A stretch of 64,000 bases of DNA, from NCBI GenBank assembly GCA_951406725.2, contig OX597816.1, positions 82,832,001 to 82,896,000 on the forward strand, given 5' to 3'. A program made the position numbers and the translations under genes. The stretch comes from Octopus vulgaris (lineage: Eukaryota). Shown piece after piece: positions 42,173 through 53,987 of this stretch (position 1 is the stretch's first letter; every line of letters starts with the position of its first letter). The notes beneath the pieces were generated by a model that saw nothing but the letters and a program-made list of their open reading frames with translations, was not told the DNA's origin and ran no database searches.

Positions 42173-43580
42173 GTGACTGAATCAAAGAAGGAAAACCAAC
42201 TCATCTGTTATCACATTATTTGGAAGTCTTTAAACATGGAGTTCATTCCACAAAGTTGTTTCTACATGGATAATGCTTATTGGTATGGAGGCCCGGAACT
42301 AATGCAACCTATGTATCCTATTGAGAAAGGAACTTTCTCATGGACATCATTTGTACCAGGTTTCAACCCTAGTGACAGCCAAAGTAACCAGTCCATGGGA
42401 CCAGTTGTAGAACGCTACTGGATTAATTCTCAAGGAGCTGGTATTGCCGTCGATAACTCCATAGCCCTTCATACCAGTATGAATTACAAATTTGAGAATA
42501 AACTCTGTTTTAAGGCCGTCATTAGTGATCACAGTCTCCCTACTCTCAGCTATACAGTGTGCAAAGCCAGCAATGTACGAAATGTACACGACTACATGAG
42601 GAAAAGTATATTTGAAAATCCTACTGCATCTCCAGTTGATTTAATAGGCAAACCTCTTTGGACAACTGAAGAATATTTCGGGAGTTCAATAGACCAACAA
42701 AAATACTTATGGTATGCTGATAAAATTACTAAAACTGGTTTTTACAATTCACAAATCCAACTTGATACGTATTCTTCTGTGGTTGGTGATACTACAGTCT
42801 CTTCAATTAAGTTTCCAAACTCACATCAAATGTTTGGTCAAATGAAAGAGTTGAAACTTTATGTACGTCTCAAAGTGTGTATGTGTGCTAGTCCTGATGT
42901 ATCTTATTTTGCTGAGGGAAAAGAGAAAGGATTCTGGCTAGTAGACAAGAAAAGCAAGGCAATTGCAATGAGTTCATCAAAAGATGGAATGGTAGCATTG
43001 GTAGATTTCACAAATCCTGATGCTGTGAAGTGGTACCAAGACAAAATATCTCTCTTTGGAAAAGATTATGGTATACAGGCTTTTACATTTGATTTTAATG
43101 AGATTCACAATTTGCCACTTACGGTCTCATTCAAAAGTATTTTTAAAACTCCTGCTGATTACTTGACAAAAAGCTCTGAAGTTGTTTCTTTCATTGATCA
43201 AAATGCTATAATCAAATTTGGCTTCCAGTCTCAACATTTTCCAATATTCATTGAAGCAGTTCCAAAAAACATGACCTGGGATTATAACAGTGGCTTAAAA
43301 AATGTCATTCCAAACATGCTAACTTTAGGAATTCTTGGTTTTCCATTCATTGTACCAAGTGCTATTGGGGGTACAAACTATACTGGGACACTGCCTGCAA
43401 GCAAAGAACTGTTTATTCGTTGGGCACAGATGGTCAGTTATTTTCCTATTATGCACTTCTCTGTCCCGCCGTGGCACTATGATGAAGAAACTGTGCATAT
43501 TACACAAAACCTAGTCAAGCACCATCAACAGAACATTGCTCCTTTAATAAAGCATTTAATGAAAGAAGCAGAAGTTACAG
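42173..43580 (+). CDS. MYORG: MYORG-like GH31 glycosidase, coding exon 2 (N-terminal beta domain and catalytic barrel)
   Basis: Polypyrimidine acceptor ttttag| before 42173 and donor acag|gtaata after 43580 (phase 1). Motifs WYGGPE, VVERYWINSQG, VDFTNPDAVKWY, FTFDFNE, LTLGILGFPFIVP, ELFIRWAQ and FSVPPWHYD are typical of MYORG-type GH31. Confidence 0.93.
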
Positions 43581-43689
43581 GTAATATAGTTTTTTCAAAT
43601 GTTTTCTGAAATATATATATATGTGTGTGTGTGCATGTGTGTGTGTACATGTATGTATATGTATGTGTGTGTGTGTGTGTATATATATA

Positions 43690-44140
43690 TATTGGGTAAT
43701 CCCATAAATAATGTGGTTTTTTTTATACTTTTATCTTTCAAAATTAAGATAAAGTTCTTTTTTAATCTAAAATATACTCTCCTTCATTTCTACAATGCTC
43801 TTCCATCCATCTGGTAGACTTGCAAGGACCCTCTTCCAAAATTCACTTGTCCATAATGAAAAATACTCTTCCAGTACAGTTCTGACCTCATCTACAGAAT
43901 TCATATTTTTTCCGTCCAAATGATTTTGAAGACTGCAGAATAAATGATTATCAGATGGGGCAATGTCTGGTGAATATGGTGGATGGGGCATCGTTTCCCA
44001 TTCAAACTGCTCCTGTCTTTGGAATGTCATCTTCACTATGTGGCTGGGCATTATCTTGATGGAAGAACACCTTCTGTCTTGAAACAAAAGACGGTCGTTT
44101 TTCTTCTAGCACTGACTTAATCCACTCAAACTGCTGAAGG
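43690..44140 (-). mobile_element. Mariner 3' fragment (intron 2)
   Basis: FHQDNAQPH, HPPYSPDIAPSDNHLF; TIR-like tattgggtaatcccataaata inserted at (TA)n. Confidence 0.85.
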
Positions 44141-44599
44141 TAAAAACAATACCAGTAATAACTGGAGCATTGGGCTTGATAAAAAAACATGAGCAAAAAC
44201 ATACTACACTATCCAGAAAATAGCCCTGCTAGGAACAGCCTACATCCTATGCAAGATAATATCAATTCAATAATACAACCTAAACAAAGCAACCCACAAA
44301 CACAAGACACTCTATACAGCAATTACCCAGTGAAATAAACTTCCACCAGCAAGCTAGATAACCCCTGCATTACACACTCAACACACAATACAAGCAGTAA
44401 TACAACAAAAGACTGCACCACACCCCAAGACAAAAAGAAGACAGCAGAAAAACTAACAATAAATACCAGGAAGAGTTTTGTGCACGCTCAACAACAGCAA
44501 AGAACACACATTGCTGCACACATCCCAGAAATATGGAAGTGTAGCAGGTGGGGCAGTCGAAATTTGTCTTAAACAATCAAATGTTGAACAATTATATAA

Positions 44600-46175
44600 T
44601 AATAATAATGCTGAAATTTGAGCGATGGGGAAAGTTGATTACATCAACCTCAGTGCTCAGCTGGTACTTACTTCATCAACCTTGGAAGGATGAAAGACAA
44701 AGTCAACCATGGCCGAATTTGAACGTTATGGTGGATGAAATGCTATTGGAGGAATTATTAGCTCTTCAGATAAATGCCTTGGTATTGATAGATCCTATCT
44801 GATCAAGCTTACTAGCCTTGTGCCTAAATCAGAAGCCACTCTTCCTTGTATTAAGATGGTAAACTGGCAGAGTGCTTAGCACCCCAGACACCAAGACAAA
44901 ATGCTTTGCAGCAGTTTTTCTGGTTCTTTATATTCTGAGGTGAGATTCCACTGAGGTTGACTTTGCCTTTTATCCTTTCAGGATCAATAAAATGAGTACT
45001 TGTTGAACATTAGGGTTGATGTAATCAGCCTAACCCAGAGTCAATAAAATAAGTATCAGGGGAGCACTGGTGTCGATGTAATCAATTAATCAGCCTCTGC
45101 TCCCCAAATTTCAGGCCTTGTGCCTATGGTAGTAAAGATTATTATTATTATTATTGTCAAAGGTTGTAAGCTGGCAGAATCATTAGTGTGTCAGACAACA
45201 TGCTTAGTGGTATTTCTTTTGGGTCTTTTTGTTCTGAGATCAAATGCTGCTGAGGTTGATTCTACCAAATCGCCATGCTTGCATGGCGATTTGGCAGAAT
45301 TGTTGGTGCGCCAGACTAAATGCTTAGCAGTATTTTGCCCATCGCTATGTTCTGAGTTCAAATTCCACCATGGTCAACTCTCTGCCTTTTATCCTTTCAG
45401 GGTTGATAAAATAAATACTAGTCAACTAGTGGGGGTCAATCTAATCATCTTGCCCTTCCTCTCAAAACTACTGGCCTTGTGCTGAAATTAGAAACAATTA
45501 TTATTATTGTCAACTTTACCTTTCATTGTTTCAAAGTTGATGAAATAAAGTACCAGTCAAGTACTGGGGTCGATGGTATTAGCTAATTCCTTCTCAAAAT
45601 TGCTGGGTTTGTGTCTAAATAATAAAACCTGTACTACTATCATGATCATTAAGATGGCCAGCTGGCAGAATTGTTGAGGAGTCGGACAAAATGCTTTGTG
45701 ACATTTCTTCTGTTTCTCTCTACATTCTGAGTTCAGGTTCCACTGAAGTTGACTTAACATCCCTTCTGGGTTGGTAAAATAAACACCAGTTGAGTACTTG
45801 GGTTAATGTAATCAACTTCCCCACCCTTCAAAATTGTTGGCCTTGCATGGTGATTGGGCAGAATTGTCGGTGCGCCAGACAAAATGCTTAGCAGTATTTT
45901 GCCCATCGCTATGTTCTGAGTTCAAATTCTGCCATGGTCAACTTTGCCTTTCATCCTTTCGGGGTCAATAAAATAAGCACCAGTTGAACACTGGGGTCGA
46001 TGTAATTGACTAGTCCTCTTCCCCAAATTTTCAGTCCTTGTGGCAAAATTCGAAACCATTATTATTATTATTATTATTATTCCAGTGAGGTCAAACTTTC
46101 ATCCTTTTAGGGGTTGATAAATTAAGTACCAATGTAATTGACTAGTCCCCTTCCCACAAATTTCAGGCCTTGTGT
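44600..46175. mobile_element. Dense cluster of family-B SINE copies and fragments filling intron 2
   Basis: At least seven occurrences of the core, mostly + strand, separated by (ATT)n. Confidence 0.85.
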
Positions 46176-46204
46176 CGCCAGCAGAAAAAAATTATTATTA
46201 TTAC

Positions 46205-46265
<61 letters not shown>

Positions 46266-46293
46266 TGTGTTGTCTACTTGTTTCTTTTCTCAG

Positions 46294-46556
46294 GAGCTCC
46301 GATAATACGACCTGTTTGGTGGATAGCACCAGAAGATCCTGTTGCACTGAAAATCGACTGTGAATTTCTTGTAGGGAACAATCTGTTGGTGGCACCGGTA
46401 CTTGATTCTGGCAGTACATCCAGAGATATCTACCTCCCTCATGGCAGCTGGAAGGACAATCTCAATAACAGGGAAATTAAAGGGGCTAAACTGTATAAAG
46501 ATTTCAAAGTTGAACTTCACCAAATTGCTACATTTTCAAAAATGAAGTCTTTCTAG
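46294..46556 (+). CDS. MYORG: MYORG-like GH31 glycosidase, coding exon 3 (C-terminal beta domain)
   Basis: Acceptor tttcttttctcag|ga; phase 1 completes GGA (Gly). Sequence GAPIIRPVWW...EFLVGNNLLVAPVL...RDIYLPHGSWKD, ending at TAG. Spliced CDS 483+1408+263 = 2154 nt = 717 aa. Confidence 0.93.
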
Positions 46557-46766
46557 TTTTTTTTTTTTGCTTTGGTTTTTCTCTATTAGATCTTAGTCCT
46601 CTTTTCTCTTCGTTTTCTTCCACTTTTTTTCCGTCTGTTTTCTGATTCTTCCAATTTCTTCCTTCTATCATTTCTTTCTTTCCTTCTTTCTTCTGTCTTC
46701 CTTCTTCCACTCTCTTCATTATTTTTTGTTCATTTTGTTATATGTATTTTCTTCATGTGATATGTG

Positions 46767-46815
<49 letters not shown>

Positions 46816-49077
46816 CTACATATATATATATATACATACATACATACAAGCACACAAACATAACATTGGATTAAAAAGTTTTTTTTATCTTTTAATGTTT
46901 GGATGGTTCTGTGAGTGAGAGTAAGTTCTGAGGCAAATGCAGTCTGTGGGTAGTAGCTTGGTGGGTGTAATTTCAACTAATTCTACTAATGTGCCAATGA
47001 GATTATTAAAAGACTTGAGTGCTGTAACATTCCATATACTTCTCTGCTTGACGAATTCAGTACATTCCATAATCCTTACACACACATGTGCGTGCACGCA
47101 CTCATGCACACACACACACATGCACCTAATCAAAGCTTTTGCCTCATTGACATAATTCTCATTCATTTGGTGTACCATCATTATCATCATCATCACTGTC
47201 ATTGCTGTCATCAGTATCATCATCATTCGATGAGTAAAAAGCAGTAAAAGAATGAGGGCTTCCGCCTAATTATCCTGCTGTATTTTTTGGAATACAAAGT
47301 GAATTTTTTTAGATTAAAATTTACTATAAAAATAAAAAAGATAGTTTGACTTCTGTGCCAAGATGACTTTAGAGCACCAAAAATTCCAAGTGAAATGCAT
47401 CAAAATTTGGCAAGATAGTGGCGATGTTTGAATCTTTACACTACATGTTTATTCGGCATGTTGTGTTGACTTGTATGCTGGAAAATACAGTAGCCATTAT
47501 TAAACTTTTCTTTACCTGGAGTAAACTTCTGCTACTGTAACACATACATCATCATCATCATCATCATCATCATCACTGTTGTAATCATAACTGTTGTTGT
47601 TTACGTTGTCATCATTACTTCCTGAGTATAGGCTGGTGGAATTGGCTGAGATAGTTAAATTGCTTGGATAAATTTTGTCCTTCTCAGTCACGAGTTCTGA
47701 ATCTGGTGGGTTTGCTTTTGCCTGGGGTATGGGTGGCAGGTTATAAAAAATATATACAATGGGAGTCAATGGTGTCTGATAAATCTCAAATTCTCTGAAG
47801 AGAGAGAGAGAGAGAGAAAAAAAAACATTGAATAAAACCAAAAGAATGCAAAAAAGGAAAAAATGTCTTGCTGCTTGTTAAAAATGGGGACAAGCATAAA
47901 CACAAAGATACACACACATGTACACACATGCACACATATGTGCACATAATCAATCATGTACACTTGCACATGCACACATGTACATGCACACATGTACATG
48001 CACACATGCACATACACAAACATGCATGCACATACAGAAACGCATGCACACATGTGCACAAAAACAGACATTATGTACATGCACACATACATGCACATGC
48101 ACACATGCATGCACATAATCAAACATGCATACTTGCACATGCACATACACAAACACACACATGCACATACACAAACATACACACATGCACATACACATGG
48201 GCATGCACATACACAAATGCATGTGCACAAAAAACACACTTTCTCTCTCTCAAGACATACTGCTGCTTTTTCTCTCTTTCTCTCTCTATATATTTGTGTG
48301 TGTGTGTGTGTGTGCGCACCTTTGGTAAAGACATTTAACAAACTCTCTGATCTGTGTGTGTGTGTGTATCTTTGGTAAAGACATTTAACGAACTCTCTGA
48401 ATAGGTTATTGCTGTTGATTTTTTTTACCTCCAAGTCAGCCTTGGTTGAGTTGAACTTTCCTAATGAAAGACATTCCAGCTGTGGCGATTCTGTCTAAAA
48501 CAACATTGTCCAATGTGTACTTCCATTGTTTTTTACGACAGAATGATGCGAATAGGAGGAGGGGGAGATATATGAGATACGTTTGCTGGTCGAACCGTTC
48601 TGCATAGGTTCACTGATTGACTGCCAAGGGGATTCATGCAGAAATATTTCATTAACTTGTAACACTAAACACCATATTATTGTCTGTGGGTGTAGAAAAC
48701 ACCAGGGACATCATTCCGGTGTATGCTGTTCTTGGAATACTAATAATAAGACAGGGAAGTCACTAGTGCTGACTGATTCCCCTGTGGAGTTACAGGTCAT
48801 TTTGTTGATACAATGTAAATTTACATTGAATAAGCTTTAACAAGAAAAAAAAACAAACTTTTTGTGATTATTATTTATTATTCGTTTGTATTATTTTTGT
48901 ATTACTTTCAATAAAAAGATAATGATAAAAATTACATTCCAAAGAAGTTTTGTTATTATGATGTCAGAAAAATCTATAGTTGAGGTTCTGCTGCCTGAAA
49001 GCTTTGTGTATGTAATGGAAACCGTGTGTAGAGAACAGGTGCATAAATGCGGACATGATTGTGATGTTCACCTCATT

Positions 49078-49445
49078 CTTTTATTCTTTTACTTGTTTCA
49101 TCCATTTGACTGTGGCCATGCTGGAACACTGCCTTTAAGGGTATTTTAGTTGAAGAAATTGAACTACTTATTCCATCAGCCTTTTTTGCTGAATTGCTAA
49201 GGTATGGGGATGTAAACACACCAACATCAGATGTCAAGTGATGGTGGGGGACAAACAGACACAAAGACACACAAACATAAATGTATACATGCATGCATAC
49301 ACACACATATACGACGGGCTCCTTTTAATTTCTGTCTGCCAAATCCACTCAAAAAGCTTTGGTCGGCCCAAGGTGCCATGCAATGAGACTGAACCTGGAA
49401 TCATGTGGTTGGGAAGAAAGCTTCTTATCACACAGCTGTGCCTGT
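49078..49445 (-). mobile_element. SINE family A, diverged
   Basis: Reverse complement matches the 9181 copy. Confidence 0.8.
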
Positions 49446-49692
49446 GTATGATTTTGTTTTCAACCCTTCAACATTTAAACCAGCCACCTCTGCCTCAAAT
49501 ATTCTACCTGTTTTATGTTAATGTGTGATTAATGCAAAACAGTGTGAATAGATAAGCAGTACATTTGACAAAGAAATCTGAATGCTAAAGGTTAAGGAAC
49601 AGAGATCATGTCGATACTAACAATCCCAAAATGTGTGAAGAATTCTGAGTAGCCAAATGAAATGTCTCGGGCCATTAATATATACATTAGGT

Positions 49693-50121
49693 CATCATCA
49701 TCATCATCATCATCATTTAGCGTCCGTTTACCATGCTAGCATGGGTTGGACGGTTTAACTGGGGTCTGTGAAGCCGGAAGGCTTCATCAGGCCCAGTCAG
49801 ATTTGGCAGTGTTTCTACGGCTGGATGCCCTTCCTAACACCAACCACTCCGCGAGTGTAGTGGGTGTTTTTTACGTGCCACCTGCACAGGTGCCAGACAG
49901 AGCTGGCACAACGGCCACGAACGGATGGTGCTTTTACATGTCACTGGCACGGGGCCAGCCGAGGCTGGCAACGAACACGAGCGAATGGTGCTTTTACGTG
50001 CCACCGACACGGGGCCAGACAGAGCTGGCAAACGGCCACGAACGGACGGTGCTTTTACGTGTCACCGGCACGGGGGCCAGCCGAGGCTGGCAACGAACAC
50101 GAACGGATGGTGCTTTTACGT
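49693..50121 (-). mobile_element. RTE 3' UTR fragment with ~59-bp internal tandem units
   Basis: Very similar to 37487-37800; (CAT)n tail. Confidence 0.85.
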
Positions 50122-50290
50122 ATTTGATATTACAACATGTAACATCTTGTATTGCATGTGCTAAATCTCTTTCACATATCAGCCATTACAGCAGCCACTC
50201 ACTGTCAAAGGAAATAAAGAAACATGATAGTAGAGAATATGTGTGTGTGTGTGTGCATGTGTGTATATGTATATGAATATTTTTTTTATG

Positions 50291-50589
50291 CGCCCTTTTC
50301 AAGCCTAGCCAGGCTCATGGGCCCGGTTTCCCCGTTTCTTTGGCGTATGTGTTCCCCCCAGCTGGACGGGATGGCAGTCCATTGCAGCGTTACCTAAGAA
50401 ACAGGAAGAAAGAGTGAAAGAAATTTGGGGCGAAAGAGTACAACAGGGGTCGCCACCCCCCCTGCTGGAGCCTCGTGGAGCTTTAGGTGTTTTCGTTCAA
50501 TAAACATACAATGCTTGGTCTGGGAATCAAAACTGCGATCCTCCGACCGTGAGTCTGCTGCCCTAACCACTGGGCCATTGCGCCTCCAC
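50291..50589 (-). mobile_element. tRNA-derived SINE, family C
   Basis: Minus-strand head tggaggcgcaatggcccagtggttagggcagc...ttgattccc (A and B boxes). Related decayed copies near 90-312, 24690-24860 and 29048-29250. Confidence 0.75.
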
Positions 50590-50592
50590 TAT

Positions 50593-50715
50593 ATATAAAT
50601 ATAAATAATGGAAAACAAAACAATAAATTGAACAATTATAATTCAATTATATTTAAATTGAATTATAATTGTTCAATTTATTGTTTTGCTTTCCATTTCT
50701 TATTTATATTTATAT
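50593..50715. repeat. Near-perfect AT-rich hairpin (~56/60-bp arms, 7-nt loop)
   Basis: aaaacaataaattgaacaattataattcaatt-atattta-aattgaattataattgttcaatttattgtttt; one mismatch and one 4-nt indel. Confidence 0.9.
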
Positions 50716-50789
50716 TTTAATAAACTGTATGTTTATTTTTTATTTACCTATTGGAATAACATTGTTATTGATATAGGTACCCTTCAATC

Positions 50790-51282
50790 ATTGAGCAATA
50801 AACTGTGCTTGCGAAGACCTATATAGTCAAGTGAAGACATTTTTGTGGTCGATGCCAGTACCTCCTGACTGGTTCCATGCCAGTGGTATGTAAAAATCAC
50901 CATTAGAGCATGATTATTGCCAGTACCGCCTAACTGGCTGCTGTGCCAGTAGCACGTAAAAAGCAGTCAATGCCAGTGCCAGCGGAACGTAAAAAGCACC
51001 ATTCTAGCGTGGTCATTGCCAATGCCGCCTGAGTGGCTCTCGTGCCAGTGGCACATAAAAAGCACCATTCAAGTGTGGTCAATGCCAGTACTGCCTGACT
51101 GGCATGTAAAAAGAACCCACTACACTCTCGGAGTGGTTGGCGTTAGGAAGGGCATCCAGCTGTACAAACTTTGCCTGATCAAATTGGACCCTGGTGCAGC
51201 CTTCTGACTTGCCAGCCCTCAGTCAAACTGTTCAACCCGTGCCAACATGGGGAAGTGGATGTTAAACTACCGAGATGATGAT
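50790..51282 (+). mobile_element. RTE 3' UTR fragment
   Basis: cactacactctcggagtggttggcgttaggaagggcatccagc; possible TSD ataggta (50773-50779 / 51281-51287). Confidence 0.8.
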
Positions 51283-51432
51283 AGGTAATATAAACCAGTA
51301 AATTCTTCGGATATTTAATATCCCTTAGGTGAATTTTACACCTAGCTAAATTGTTATATAGGGATATCTATCTATCTATATAATATGAGTTCCCTCTTTG
51401 TTTTCCATATATATATATATATATATATATAT

Positions 51433-51805
51433 GGGCACGTAACAAATACCATCCGAGCGTGGCCGTCCGCCAGCCTCGTCTGGCACCTGTGTCGGTGACA
51501 CATAAGAAAACACCATCCGAGCGTGGCCGTCTGCCAGCCTCGTCTGGCACCTGTGTCGGTGGCACATAAAAAACACCATCCGAGCGTGGCCGTCTGCCAG
51601 CCTCGTCTGGCACCTGTGTCGGTGGCACATAAAATCACCCACTACACTCTCGGAGTGGTTGGCGTTAGGAAGGGCATCCAGCTGTAGAAACACTGCCACA
51701 TCTGACTGGCCTGGTGCAGCCTTCGGGCTTCCCAGACCCCAGTTGAACCGTCCAACCCATGCTAGCATGGAAAGCGGACGTTAAACGATGATGATGATGA
51801 TGATG
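51433..51805 (+). mobile_element. RTE 3' UTR fragment with three ~64-bp tandem units
   Basis: Three copies of accatccgagcgtggccgtctgccagcctcgtctggcacctgtgtcggt, then the conserved RTE 3' end and (GAT)n. Confidence 0.85.
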
Positions 51806-52430
51806 ATATATGTATAAAGAAAGCGAAGAAATAACTCTTAGAAATTCAAAATAAAAGAAACACAACTTCAATTAAAGGGAAATAACTTGTATTGGAGCAG
51901 GGAAGATTCATCATTCAAAGGGAGAGAACCTCTTACAACATCACCTAGACAAGCGAGAATTGGGAAGCTGACAGATCTGTACTGAAAGTAACTGACCCGC
52001 CCATTCAGTAAATCCTGTATCTTACTAATTTATCGAATGTTCTTACAGATTAATTTGTTATTTAGAGCTTGCATACATTTTTTTAATAGATTTCTAGCCC
52101 TGGTGTATCTAACTCAAGAACAAGGAACCTCATACACACACACGTAATAAAGTCACAAAGTATCGTCAGTTATTCAGAATCACGCGAATACTGCTAACTT
52201 CACTTTTACTGTTTGTAATAGATTACAAATAACAAATATTTAAATGAAATTAACAGCGTTTGTTTGTTATTGAATGACTAACTTGTGTCTACCACTCCGC
52301 AATCATTTTAGTTTGGTGAAGTAAACCGTAAAATGTAAGGGAAATAACTTAGAAAACTGTTTCGGGAGTTATCGTTCTTGAAACCTGTTCCATATCGGCA
52401 GTCGATTCTATGTATTCATTTCAAACATTA

Positions 52431-52933
52431 TACAGTAACCCCTCGATTATCGCGGGTGTTACGTTCCAAAATCTCCGGCGATAGGTGAAAATCCACGAAG
52501 TATAAACAGTACTATACTGTATATATTTTTCTATCATCTTCATAATTTGTATATATTTATTTTATTATAAGTGCAAAACAACACCACATACATACCTCCC
52601 AAGTTTCGTTTTCCATACAGCATGTGCGATTCTTTTTTTACGTGTCTACGGTACATTACGTATTTTCTCTTAATATATTTTAATTAATGTGTAATACAGC
52701 GCAGTACACAACTCTATTTTTATTTATCAATTTATTAATTTTTATGCGTGAGAACGTTTATTTTACCACAGAAATAATTAAAACGTAAAAAAAAATAAAT
52801 AAATAACTATCGGACGCAGAAACTCGCGATATAGTGAGGAGACCGCGATATAAGTTTACATATATTAGGCAGAAAAATCCGCGATGTACTGAGTGCGCGA
52901 AAGGTAAACCGGATATGGCGAGAGAGTGCTGTA
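52431..52933. mobile_element. Tigger/pogo-like MITE
   Basis: ta-cagtaacccctcg ... cgagagagtgctg-ta termini; internal aaaatccgcga-like subrepeats. Confidence 0.7.
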
Positions 52934-53004
52934 TTGATTTCAAATTTCGGTCCAAGAACAACAATTTCAGGGGAGGTGGGGGGTAAATATATTAACATTT
53001 ACAT

Positions 53005-53397
53005 AGGCGCTGGAGTGGCTGTGTGGTAAGTAGCTTGCTTACCAACCACATGGTTCTGGTTTCAGTCCCACTGCGTGGCACCTTGGGCAAAGTGTCTTCT
53101 ACTATAGCCTCGGGCCAACCAAAGCCTTGTCTGTGAATTTGGTAGACGGAAACTGAAAGAAGCCAGGCATATATATGTATATGTATGTTTGTGCGTCTGA
53201 GTTTGTTCCTCCCCACCAACATCGCTTGACAACCGATGGTGGTGTGTTTACGTCTCCGTAATCTAGTGGTTCGGCAAAAGAGACCGATAGAATAAGTACT
53301 AGGCTTACAAAGCATAAGCCCTGGGGTCGATTTGCTTCATTAAAGGCGGTGCTCCAGCATGGCCGCAGTCAAGTGACTGAAACAAGTAGAAGAGTAA
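53005..53397 (+). mobile_element. SINE family A
   Basis: Full head aggcgctggagtggctgtgtggtaag through the tail. Confidence 0.9.
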
Positions 53398-53853
53398 ATT
53401 TGGTTCATGAATACAATCGACTATTCACCCAATCATTTACCCGTTCGTCCGTCCTTCCGTCCCTGATTTATTGGCTAGTCTGCGCCCATGGCTCTTGATA
53501 TTTTTTACGGGACCTGCGTTACCGGTGAGAGGAATAATTCTCAAACCAGAGATGTAACTCGAATGCTTGGATTCAGCAAAGGCTCTCAAGAAATTATGTT
53601 AAACCGGGTAGTGGATCAAGTCTTCTACCCTGTTTATATCTCTTTGTCCGTCTGTCCTCATATCCCTTTGTCCGTCAGTTTGCCTTTTTTATCGTTTAAA
53701 ATGTCTGTTGTTTTCTATGTTAGTTTGTCTGTCTGTCTGTCTCTATGTTAGTTTGTCTGTCTGTCTGTCTATCTCTCTACCCTTACCCTTTCACTATATA
53801 TTTATACGTGAAGGCGTGTGGCTTATGTATATATATGTATGAATGTATGTAGA

Positions 53854-53934
<81 letters not shown>

Positions 53935-53987
53935 GGGGGGGGGGTGTATGTGTGTGTATGTGAAGGCGTATCAGCACAACAAAGAAC

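Noticed and set aside
48583-48835. Minus-strand frame with a single TGA before CPWC (selenocysteine-like)
   Set aside because: No recognisable selenoprotein homology or SECIS; most likely chance.
51433-51630. Repeat-spacer-like array in the RTE 3' UTR as CRISPR
   Set aside because: The units are whole tandem duplicates within a LINE 3' UTR.
53005-53085. tRNA-like sequences with A/B boxes (also 9181, 50520-50589, 61095)
   Set aside because: They are SINE heads; no complete cloverleaf, and they continue into a SINE body.
53518-53558. Hammerhead-shaped gttac-cggtga-gag/ctc-aaac...gtaac (also a weak one near 60585-60612)
   Set aside because: Core nucleotides are too degenerate to call.
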